From positions 1 to 57,296 of IMG/VR virus record IMGVR_UViG_3300010052_000003: a stretch of 57,296 bases of DNA; one strand, given 5' to 3'. Every line of letters begins with the position of its first letter. Position 1 is the first letter of the stretch. The notes beneath the pieces were generated by a model. It searched no databases, was not told the DNA's origin, and saw only the letters and a program-made list of their open reading frames with translations. Made by a program: the position numbers and the translations under genes. Origin of the DNA: a virus. Its lineage: Duplodnaviria; Caudoviricetes. Shown here piece by piece: positions 1-7,384 of this stretch.

Positions 1-174
1 AGAACACGAAAGGCGCCGGGGCGCGCTGAGCGCCGGCGCGGACGGGTCCGAACGGCCGTCCGTCGCCGCGCCGAAGGACCATGCCCGCAGGGACTTCGGT
101 CCAATTGCCCGCCGGACGTTGTTCAGTCGTAAACTGTCCCAAGCCCGGCGTGATCGGGCGGGTTCGGTGTCGCG

Positions 175-366
175 ATGTCGTCCAACATCATGCTCGTATC
201 GTTCATTCTCGCCATCCTCGTGGTGGACGTGGCGGCGATCGTCGGGCTCGTCGAGACGGGGCTGCTGGCCGGGGCGGGCATCGCGGGGACGGGCGCCGTG
301 GCCTCCGCCCTGCAGCGCCGCCGCCCTCGCCTGCGCCTGCGCCGCAGGCGCTTCGAGGAAACCTGA
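175..366 (+). CDS. small membrane protein (host flank)
   Basis: 63 aa, hydrophobic N-terminal segments, Arg-rich tail; ends just before the att core. Confidence 0.4.
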   Translation: MSSNIMLVSFILAILVVDVAAIVGLVETGLLAGAGIAGTGAVASALQRRRPRLRLRRRRFEET

Positions 367-371
367 GTTGC

Positions 372-393
372 GGGGCTGGCGGTCCCGGGAGGA
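372..393. repeat. satellite left att core (tRNA 3'-end duplication)
   Basis: GGGGCTGGCGGTCCCGGGAGGA, identical at 10961-10982; reverse complement contains TCCTCCCGGGACCGCCA (T-stem, acceptor strand, CCA; possibly tRNA-Arg). Confidence 0.9.
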
Positions 394-638
394 ATAAGAC
401 TTCCCAGACTGTGCAATGCGCTCCGCCTGCAACCCGCCTGATTTCAGGCATTGAAAGGCAAGGCGTTTTTCCTCGCCCTGCAAACCAAAAATCCGCTGCA
501 GCCCGGCTCAGGGATGCCCTGCACCTGGTCGACCGGCTGACGCCTTACCACGGCGATCCCGAACGGTTCTTCGTGTGCCGGGCCGAAGCTGTTGCGGTGC
601 TCGAGGCGATTGCCCGCTCGCTCGAGGCCGCGCCATGA
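393..638 (+). CDS. 3' half of att-spanning ORF, completed on excision
   Basis: No internal ATG; in frame through the core (GAGGPGR) with the ORF starting at 10880; stop overlaps the helicase ATG (ATGA). Confidence 0.6.
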   Translation, partial: NKTSQTVQCAPPATRLISGIERQGVFPRPANQKSAAARLRDALHLVDRLTPYHGDPERFFVCRAEAVAVLEAIARSLEAAP

Positions 639-1837
639 CAGAGCGGCCGGGGGATTCGCAGATCGTGGAGATGGTCATCTCCGCCGAGACACTTCTGCCG
701 CGGGCGTCGACCTGGCCAGTGCTGTTTGCTTCGTCATTACAGGGCAAGCCGATCCCTCCTCGGCAATGGCTCTGGGAGAACTGGATTCCCGATCGTGTGG
801 TGACCCTCCTGACGGGCGACGGCGGGACGGGCAAATCGCTGCTGGCGATGCAGCTCGCCGTATCGGTCGCACTTGGACGCGAGTTCATGGGCGCGCCGGT
901 TGCACCACGGCGGGTGCTCTACCTCGCTGCTGAGGATGACCAGGACGAGCTGCACCGGCGGATTGCTGCCATCCTCGAGGCTGAGGGGGCGGACTTCGCT
1001 GACCTCGACGACCGCCTGATACTCAAGGTCGTCAGCGGCGACGAAGCTCTGCTCGCCAGCGTTGACCAGGGCGGGCGGCGCCTGGTCTCCACGGCCCTCT
1101 ATGACAACCTGCGCAACTACTGCCGCGACAACGGAGTGCAGGTCCTGGTGGTCGACACGGCCGCCGACACGTTCGGCGGCATTGAAATCGATCGGTCGCA
1201 GGTGACGAGGTTCATTCGCCTGCTCGAGGCGGTGGGGCGCGACAATGCCGGCGCCGTCGTGCTGGTCGCACATCCGTCGGTCGCCGGGCTGAAGGACCGA
1301 ACCGGCATCTCCGGATCGTCGGCCTGGCGAAACGCCGCGCGGTCGGTGATCTGGTTGCGCAAGCCGGACGATGACGAGGCCACGGAAGGGGTGAAGCGGG
1401 ATCAGCGGATCCTCGAGAGGATGAAGGCCAACCTCGCGCCCGCTGAGGGTGTGCTGCGGCTTCAATGGGCTGATGGCCGCTTCGTGCTGGACGGTGATGG
1501 CGATACCGGCGCGCCGAACTTCGACAGCCTGGTGATCGAGTCAAAGGTGCTGGCGGCGCTGCGCGGCGCCCTCGACGGCGGTCGCCATCCGTCGCCGTCG
1601 CAGAACTCGGCCGACTACGTGACCCGGATGCTTCACGGTTGGCCAGCCCTTCGCGATCTGACGATGAAGCAGATCGATCGCGCTTTGCGGCAGATGGCCG
1701 GGAAAGGTGAGACGCGGGTGGCAATCATCGGGCCTCCCTCCCGCGCTCGGAAGGTCCTCGTGCCGGCCTCATACGGCCCCATCCCTGGTGAGCTGAACGC
1801 AGCCCCCTCAACACCGGCCGACGACGATGCTGAGTGA
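635..1837 (+). CDS. RecA-family (AAA_25/RepA-like) replicative helicase
   Basis: Walker A GDGGTGKS, Walker B VLVVD, LVAH and SGSSAW motifs, KANL. Confidence 0.88.
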   Translation: MTERPGDSQIVEMVISAETLLPRASTWPVLFASSLQGKPIPPRQWLWENWIPDRVVTLLTGDGGTGKSLLAMQLAVSVALGREFMGAPVAPRRVLYLAAEDDQDELHRRIAAILEAEGADFADLDDRLILKVVSGDEALLASVDQGGRRLVSTALYDNLRNYCRDNGVQVLVVDTAADTFGGIEIDRSQVTRFIRLLEAVGRDNAGAVVLVAHPSVAGLKDRTGISGSSAWRNAARSVIWLRKPDDDEATEGVKRDQRILERMKANLAPAEGVLRLQWADGRFVLDGDGDTGAPNFDSLVIESKVLAALRGALDGGRHPSPSQNSADYVTRMLHGWPALRDLTMKQIDRALRQMAGKGETRVAIIGPPSRARKVLVPASYGPIPGELNAAPSTPADDDAE

Positions 1838-2114
1838 ATCCTGCTCATTCTCAGAGGCGGCCGAGAAGCCGGATCGATGCCGGTGTGCTTACTCGCAGAT
1901 GAGGCGCGAGCGCGACGAACTGCAGCGGCTCATTGCGACCATGCGGGAGACTTTTCGATTGATCGGCGAGGCGCTGATCGAGGCCGAAAACGTGATCGAT
2001 GAGATGAGTTGCTACGGCTCCGAGTCGCCGGAGGACATTGCATGGAGGCTCAGAGAACACCTCAATGACGCGACCGCGCTTGCGGCACCGCACGAAAGCG
2101 CGGGGGTGATATGA
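1827..2114 (+). CDS. hypothetical coiled-coil protein
   Basis: 95 aa ORF overlapping the helicase stop. Confidence 0.5.
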   Translation: MLSESCSFSEAAEKPDRCRCAYSQMRRERDELQRLIATMRETFRLIGEALIEAENVIDEMSCYGSESPEDIAWRLREHLNDATALAAPHESAGVI

Positions 2115-2139
2115 GCGCGCCAGTCGTTGGAGATGCAGC

Positions 2140-2300
2140 CTTCAAGGTCCCTTCAAGGTCCTTCTGGGTCAACTGTAACCCATTGAAATCATTGGATGTG
2201 CGGGTGTCTCTGCAGGGCTTCAAGGTCCCCTGTAAGCCATTGATATCGTTGTTCAAGTCATGTGTGCGGGTGTCCCCTATATTACTACGTAATATAACCG
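2140..2300. promoter_or_regulatory. putative satellite replication origin (iterons plus IHF site)
   Basis: CTTCAAGGTCC at 2140, 2151, 2218; duplicated TGTGCGGGTGTC; IHF consensus TATCAATGGCTTA on minus strand near 2233-2245; AT-rich patch near 2278-2298. Confidence 0.55.
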
Positions 2301-2470
2301 GGGCGGCTTCTGCCGCCGCCCCCGGTTCTAAGGGCAAGCGGGTAGGGCCCGGGGGTTCACAGCCCTTCCGAAAACCTTCCCCATGGTCGGCGCCGGCGCC
2401 GGCGCAGCGCAACGGTCGGTGCGGTGGTGCGGGGGCAAGGTCGCTGCTGGATGCCGTCTCATGCCCCCGG

Positions 2471-2539
2471 GGGGCCTTGGGTCCTTCCGGGGCACCCCCC
2501 TACCGCACGCGGGTGGCAGTCCGGGAAAACGGTAGCGAG
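2471..2539 (+). other. satellite cos site (cosQ GGGTCCT, 17 bp, putative cosN)
   Basis: Lambda cosQ heptamer at 2479-2485; ungapped 55/69 identity to prophage 41547-41615 (minus); directly upstream of TerS. Confidence 0.82.
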
Positions 2540-2564
2540 GCTGGGCTGGGCTCGAGGGCAAGAG

Positions 2565-3176
2565 ATGCACATCGGACCTGGTGATCGTGCAACAGGTGGC
2601 ACGGGCACGTCGCAGCCGGTCACCATGACGATCGGCGAGCTGGCCGCCCGCGACGGCGTGCACCTGTCGGTGATGAGCCGCCGGGTCGCGCGCCTGGTCG
2701 AGAAGCACGGCCTCGAGGTCGAGCGCGATATCCGCGGCCGGGTGGCACGGGTCGCGCTCGCCCAGTACGACCGCCTGCTGAACCGGACGCGCGACCTCGC
2801 CCAGGCACAGGACGCGGCCGAGGTGCGGGAGCCGGCCGCCGGCGGGCCGTTCGCGGCGGCCTACGCCTTCGCCCTGGCGCGGGAGAAGCAGGCCAAGGCA
2901 GACATCGCGGAAATCGAACTGCGGCGCCGGCGGGGCGAGCTGGTGCCCGTCGAGGTGTTCAGGGCGGTCGTTGAGGACATCGCCGCTGGCCTGGTCACGC
3001 AGCTCGAGGAGGTGGTGCGCAGTGTCGACCAGGTGGAGGCAGCGGCGGCCGCCGGCGGCGCCGAGGCCGTCGAGCGGCTGATCGGCGCGCAGCTCGCCAA
3101 CGCCGCGGCGTGGGCTCAGCGCCAGTTCGACTCGCTGCCCGACCTCATCCGGGCCCGGACGGAAGCCGCGGCATGA
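2565..3176 (+). CDS. terminase small subunit (satellite)
   Basis: HTH MTIGELAARDGV..SRRVARL, YDR, AREKQAKAD..GELVPVE align with prophage TerS 40918-41529; alternative start 2625. Confidence 0.85.
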   Translation: MHIGPGDRATGGTGTSQPVTMTIGELAARDGVHLSVMSRRVARLVEKHGLEVERDIRGRVARVALAQYDRLLNRTRDLAQAQDAAEVREPAAGGPFAAAYAFALAREKQAKADIAEIELRRRRGELVPVEVFRAVVEDIAAGLVTQLEEVVRSVDQVEAAAAAGGAEAVERLIGAQLANAAAWAQRQFDSLPDLIRARTEAAA

Positions 3177-3562
3177 GCGATGATCCGCAGCTCGAGGCCT
3201 CGCCGAGCTTCAGCGAGCACCAAGCGCGCCAGAAGCAGTACCAGGCCGACCTAGCGGAGCTGGACCGGGCTGAGTTGCGAGAACGCTTCGTGAGCCTCGC
3301 CGGAGCCTCGTGGAAGCCCGCGGCGGTGATGGCGCCTATCCACGAGTGCTGCAGGATCGATCGGGCCCAGGCGGAGGCGCTGGTGGCCGTGGCGGCGCCC
3401 GGCGAGCACCACGCCTTGCGCTTGGCCCTGCGGGATCTCGTCTACTCGATCCGGGGCCGGCTTGCCGATCGGATGGCCGACGTCGCGGACATCACGGCCG
3501 ACACCGCCGGCAGCATGCCGGCCGAAGACACAATGGGGGGGCACGAGCATGAACAGGTTTGA
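3173..3562 (+). CDS. TerS C-terminal-domain paralog lacking the HTH
   Basis: SFSEHQARQKQYQADLAELD resembles prophage TerS SYTREQAREKAYAADLKKLD; ATGA-coupled to TerS. Confidence 0.65.
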   Translation: MSDDPQLEASPSFSEHQARQKQYQADLAELDRAELRERFVSLAGASWKPAAVMAPIHECCRIDRAQAEALVAVAAPGEHHALRLALRDLVYSIRGRLADRMADVADITADTAGSMPAEDTMGGHEHEQV

Positions 3563-3827
3563 ATTCTCAACTCCTGAGGGATTGCCGCCGGCGACGGAGG
3601 CCGAGCTCGAGGAGTTCCGGGCCAGCCTGCTCGGCGTCATCGATGCGGTGGAGCGCTGTCTCTTGGCGAGCCTGGACCTGGTAGAGCGCTTCGAGAAGGG
3701 CGAGAGCGGCGAGGCGCTCATGGCCAGCGTGACGCACGCCGTCCGCGGGCTGGGGCAGTTCATGATCACGCTGGCGGAGACGACGGCGGTGGCGCCGCTG
3801 CAGCGAGAGCCGGGGCAGGTGCAGTAG
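3549..3827 (+). CDS. hypothetical helical protein
   Basis: 92 aa, overlaps the previous stop, normal codon usage. Confidence 0.6.
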   Translation: MNRFEFSTPEGLPPATEAELEEFRASLLGVIDAVERCLLASLDLVERFEKGESGEALMASVTHAVRGLGQFMITLAETTAVAPLQREPGQVQ

Positions 3828-3960
3828 TCAGTAGACCCTACAAGATTCAGGCATTGCGATTGCGACCGGTGCCTGATTACCTCATACGGGCGAGCTTGAT
3901 GACACATCGGAAGCCGTTTCACTTGTCGGTTCTCAACCTACGGAGCGAAGTGTAGTCAGT

Positions 3961-4650
3961 ATGAGCGTTGTGGTGTATTGCGATGAATCTTGTCACTTGG
4001 AACATGACAATAGCGCTGTCATGGGACTTGGTGCAATTTGGACAAGTAAATCGACGGCATACCAACTATCTGCACAGTTACGTGATATCAAACGCCGTCA
4101 CCACGCTGCAGGAGAACTTAAGTGGACAAAAGTATCTGTTTCCCGGTTAGAATTCTACCGAGAGGTCATAGATTGGTTTTTTGACAATGACGCTCTGCAT
4201 TTTCGCGCTTTGATCGTCCCGAATAAAAGGGAACTAGATCATCTGCAGTTTAATCAAGGAAGCCACGATAATTTCTATTACAAAATGTTCTTTTCGATGC
4301 TTAACAAGATTCTCTCGCCAACAGAGAAGCATGAAATATATCTAGATATTAAAGATACGCAGAGTAACTCTAAGGTCAAGAAACTTAGAGAAGTTTTATG
4401 CAACAATCGATATGATTTTACTGGTGAAATGATTTCTCGAATTCAGCAAGTTAGATCTCACGAAATTGAGCTTATGCAACTCTCAGATCTTTTATTGGGT
4501 GCGGTGGTTTACAATAACAGAGGTTTATCAACGAGCTATGCTAAAACTCAGGTAGTTTCTTGGATAGAAGCACGTCATCGGCGGCCTCTAGTTCTGTCGT
4601 CCCCTCTGTCCAATCAGAAGTTTAATATTTTCGTCTGGCGGGCTCGTTAG
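3961..4650 (+). CDS. DUF3800 family protein (RNase H-like fold; P1 RlfA-like)
   Basis: N-terminal YCDES, C-terminal MQLSDLLLG; low GC. Confidence 0.85.
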   Translation: MSVVVYCDESCHLEHDNSAVMGLGAIWTSKSTAYQLSAQLRDIKRRHHAAGELKWTKVSVSRLEFYREVIDWFFDNDALHFRALIVPNKRELDHLQFNQGSHDNFYYKMFFSMLNKILSPTEKHEIYLDIKDTQSNSKVKKLREVLCNNRYDFTGEMISRIQQVRSHEIELMQLSDLLLGAVVYNNRGLSTSYAKTQVVSWIEARHRRPLVLSSPLSNQKFNIFVWRAR

Positions 4651-4659
4651 GGGAAGTCA

Positions 4660-5130
4660 ATGTGCCAGCATTCACTCCCGCCAACCGTATCTATCTCCGG
4701 CGAGTGGAATGCAATTTGCCGACGACTATACGAGCATTTTGAAGCTGTGTTTAAGTGTACGCCACCTCGTATGCTCCAGGGGAAGAAAATAGTATTCGAT
4801 GCTCGAATCATCGATGCTCAGTATGAAGAAGGCTTCTGGCATGTTGTTTCTAGGGGAAAAGGTGACGATAGAATCTTTGATCCGGAGCGTGCTCGGAGGA
4901 TTTGCTGGATCGGACCACTTCTCGACGGAACTGCGCCGGGATTATCTAAATGGACCTACAAAGAGGGCGACGGAACTCTGAAGATCTATTTCTGGCTTGA
5001 ATCGGAAAACTACGTCCTGATACTAGTTCATCGGAAGAATGTCGTATCCCTCGTAACTGCGTTCTATATAGATAATCATTGGCTAAAGGAGGATTTACTA
5101 AAGCGAAGGGCGAAAGGATTGCCCTTCTGA
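4660..5130 (+). CDS. DUF3800 partner, putative BECR-fold RNase (P1 RlfB-like)
   Basis: FWH..R..R and C-terminal LVTAFY motifs; low GC; 9 bp after the DUF3800 gene. Confidence 0.6.
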   Translation: MCQHSLPPTVSISGEWNAICRRLYEHFEAVFKCTPPRMLQGKKIVFDARIIDAQYEEGFWHVVSRGKGDDRIFDPERARRICWIGPLLDGTAPGLSKWTYKEGDGTLKIYFWLESENYVLILVHRKNVVSLVTAFYIDNHWLKEDLLKRRAKGLPF

Positions 5131-5200
5131 TGCGCAGAAGCCGCCCACCACGAGGGTTGGACGGCTTCCGAGCTCCTTCTGCCATGGGCAGATGAACGGC
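5105..5200 (-). ncRNA. candidate structured RNA convergent with the DUF3800 operon
   Basis: Hairpins GAAGGGC/GCCCTTC, GAAGCCG/CGGCTTC, TCTGCC/GGCAGA downstream of a consensus minus-strand promoter. Confidence 0.55.
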
Positions 5201-5204
5201 ATTC

Positions 5205-5232
5205 ATATAGCGAATCGGATTGCGCGCGTCAA
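5205..5232 (-). promoter_or_regulatory. sigma70 promoter TTGAC-N17-CTATAT
   Basis: Exact match to the rhizobial RpoD consensus; no convincing CDS downstream. Confidence 0.7.
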
Positions 5233-5354
5233 TGCCTGCGAGTCAAGTTGATTTTTCTGACCTGTTTTCAATGGTGTACGGCTGTGCTTTCAATGTGACG
5301 CGTGTTGGTTTCCTGTCAGCCTTTACCGGTTTCACGGAAATGCAGGTTCCAACG

Positions 5355-5384
5355 AAAAGCCCGGCCGAACGAGCCGGCCGGGCT
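5355..5384 (-). terminator. intrinsic terminator
   Basis: 10-bp stem AGCCCGGCCG/CGGCCGGGCT followed by a short T run on the minus strand. Confidence 0.6.
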
Positions 5385-5519
5385 AGGTGGTGGCCTGGTC
5401 GATTCGGGAGGGGAGAACCGATCAACAGGCTCAGACTAAGGTAGGGGGTCTATTGGCTTTCGAACAGGCATTCGAAAGCACGGGTGCTCTGCACCTGGTG
5501 CACTCAGGTCCAGAACGCT

Positions 5520-5702
5520 TTAGCGAGCGAGCTCCTCGCGTCGAAACGACTCTGCTTCCGCGGCTGTTGCAAACTGCTTGGTCTCGCGAAGTTCTCCGTC
5601 GACCCAAACCTCGACGTGGAATGGCTTTGGAGGCGGATTGCCGGGTGCAATCTGAATCCTCTTCCCATTCTTCGGCGGCGCGCCAAACCTATGCTCTGAC
5701 AC
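5520..5702 (-). CDS. small hypothetical protein
   Basis: GTG start with AGGGAG RBS; VEVWVDGELRETKQFATAAEAE looks folded. Confidence 0.4.
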   Translation of the reverse strand: MSEHRFGAPPKNGKRIQIAPGNPPPKPFHVEVWVDGELRETKQFATAAEAESFRREELAR

Positions 5703-5777
5703 GAGAAACTCCCTTGCAGGTCCCACGCTGAAAGCTGAGGTGGGGTTGGCACGCTGCGGATGCAACGGGAGAATCTT

Positions 5778-6020
5778 TTATCCGCGATCCTTCCTGAGCC
5801 TCACGCCTGGCCCCTCGCCGTTCTCCTCGACGAATATGACGCCGGCCGCCTCGAGGGCTTCACGCAAGCGAGCGACCATTTCCGGCGATGCGGGCGACTT
5901 CGGGCTGAGACTCTCGGCTCGTTTGATGCTCGGAATCGAGACGCCAGCAGCCTCTGCTAGGCGGCTCTGCCCCCAATCCAGCAAGCCGCGTGCCGCTCTG
6001 ATTTGCGCCGGAGTAACCAC
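5778..6020 (-). CDS. XRE-family HTH repressor
   Basis: TPAQIRAARGLLDWGQSRLAEAAGVS...EAAGVIF..GPGVRLR. Confidence 0.88.
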   Translation of the reverse strand: MVTPAQIRAARGLLDWGQSRLAEAAGVSIPSIKRAESLSPKSPASPEMVARLREALEAAGVIFVEENGEGPGVRLRKDRG

Positions 6021-6026
6021 GCCGCT

Positions 6027-6067
6027 TGATCCCTTTATGAACATCACTTATGTTGCAAAAGGTATCA
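6027..6067. promoter_or_regulatory. divergent promoter/operator inverted repeat
   Basis: TGATCCCTTT..AACAT-N5-ATGTT..AAAAGGTATCA between the XRE gene and the rightward operon. Confidence 0.55.
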
Positions 6068-6128
6068 CGGCACCACGTGGTCTGCAACGCGGCGAAGCCC
6101 CTTCGCCGTGAACGGAGGAGGTTTGCGC

Positions 6129-6767
6129 ATGAACACCGCACGTCGCTCAGCCGCTGTTCGGGACCCTGCCTCGAAGGAAAGCGCGCGCCTTCGCCGGCGG
6201 ATGGAGGCGGCCGTCGATCGGCTCCTCGCTGCGCTGGACGCGCTCGACCTGGATCCCGACCTCGAACTAGAGCCGGACCTCGAGCTCGACCCGGACATCG
6301 AAATCGAGTGCGAGGATGAGGGCGCCTGCTGCGAAGACGAAGGAGCCCACGACAGCGACCTCGAGCCTTCCCTCGGCAGCACGCATTGCGTGGACCAGCG
6401 CTACTCGTACCAGGGGCCGACCACCGGAAGCGATGACCACGAGCCGTCGCTCGGCTGGCCGGGATCAGGGCCTCAGTTCGTGCTCAACCAGTCCGACAGC
6501 GACCGGGAGGCGGACGACGCCGACCTCGAGCCGTCGCTAGGCGCGCCGGAGCCGAGCTTCTTCTCAGTCCTGCATGAGGACAGCGCCGGCCGCCGAGTCA
6601 TCACCACCTACAGCGGCTCGCAGCAGTGCTGGGCGCAGGGGGGAGACGAGGACATCGAAGAGGACCAAGCGGAGAGGGGCATCGCCGATGGGGATGCCCT
6701 GTGGGAGCTCAACAAGGGCGAGGCGGACTCGGCGCCGTTCACCGGGCCGGACCCGTTCGCCATCTAG
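6129..6767 (+). CDS. highly acidic repeat protein
   Basis: GGAGG RBS; D/E-rich; three DxEPSLG repeats. Confidence 0.75.
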   Translation: MNTARRSAAVRDPASKESARLRRRMEAAVDRLLAALDALDLDPDLELEPDLELDPDIEIECEDEGACCEDEGAHDSDLEPSLGSTHCVDQRYSYQGPTTGSDDHEPSLGWPGSGPQFVLNQSDSDREADDADLEPSLGAPEPSFFSVLHEDSAGRRVITTYSGSQQCWAQGGDEDIEEDQAERGIADGDALWELNKGEADSAPFTGPDPFAI

Positions 6768-6822
6768 TTCGGCCCGCGCGGACGGTTTCGAGTTGCATCC
6801 AAACTTCGCATGCTTGATATTG

Positions 6823-6837
6823 GAGTCGAATCGACTC
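6823..6837. promoter_or_regulatory. palindromic operator upstream of the capsid operon
   Basis: GAGTCGA-A-TCGACTC just before the RBS of 6854. Confidence 0.5.
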
Positions 6838-6853
6838 TAAACGAGGAACAAAC

Positions 6854-7384
6854 ATGCGCCGCAAGCTCTTCATGGCTTTGACAGGCTTGAGCAATGGAAC
6901 GCTCAAGAACATGGCGAAGCGCTTTCAGCTTCCGTTCGGGATCGTCCCAACAACCGATGAAGGTGAAACCGAGGGTTGGGCCGAGTACCGGCTGTGTGAG
7001 GCTGCCGCGACATTGGCCTCCGTTGATCTGAGCGAAGCAGGCGTATCGCCGCAAGAGGCGGCCACTCTCGTTGCTCGCGGCGTCCCATTCTCTGCTTTCA
7101 GCGTGATCGAAGCCTCGCTCAGTGCGGCTGACCTCTACCTGGTCGTTGGCTCCTTCGTCGGTTCGACAGCCCGCTACCGGATGCCGTATCGGGCCGTTGG
7201 GCTTTCTACCCTCAGTGAACTTCACAAGGCGCGGCTCAAGGGGCCGGTCAATACAACGGTCGATCTATCCGCTGCGCGAAGCTTCCTGGTCGTGAACCTG
7301 TCAGACGTTGTGCGAAGGCTCAACGCAACAGCCGAGAGGGAAGGCATCACCCTTCGCTGGGATGAGGATGACGCCGCGCAATGA
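6854..7384 (+). CDS. putative DNA-binding regulator (AlpA/MerR-like N-terminus)
   Basis: MRRKLFMALTGLSNGTLKNMAKR is HTH-like; GAGGA RBS; ATGA-coupled to the capsid gene. Confidence 0.55.
   Translation: MRRKLFMALTGLSNGTLKNMAKRFQLPFGIVPTTDEGETEGWAEYRLCEAAATLASVDLSEAGVSPQEAATLVARGVPFSAFSVIEASLSAADLYLVVGSFVGSTARYRMPYRAVGLSTLSELHKARLKGPVNTTVDLSAARSFLVVNLSDVVRRLNATAEREGITLRWDEDDAAQ

Noticed and set aside
372..393. Intact tRNA gene at any of the three att cores
   Set aside because: Only the last 17 nt of a tRNA are present; no anticodon or D arm follows in any copy
2111..2584. 157-aa ORF downstream of the helicase operon
   Set aside because: Runs across the iteron and cos region and its repeated peptides just mirror the DNA repeats; ATGA overlap noted but not sufficient
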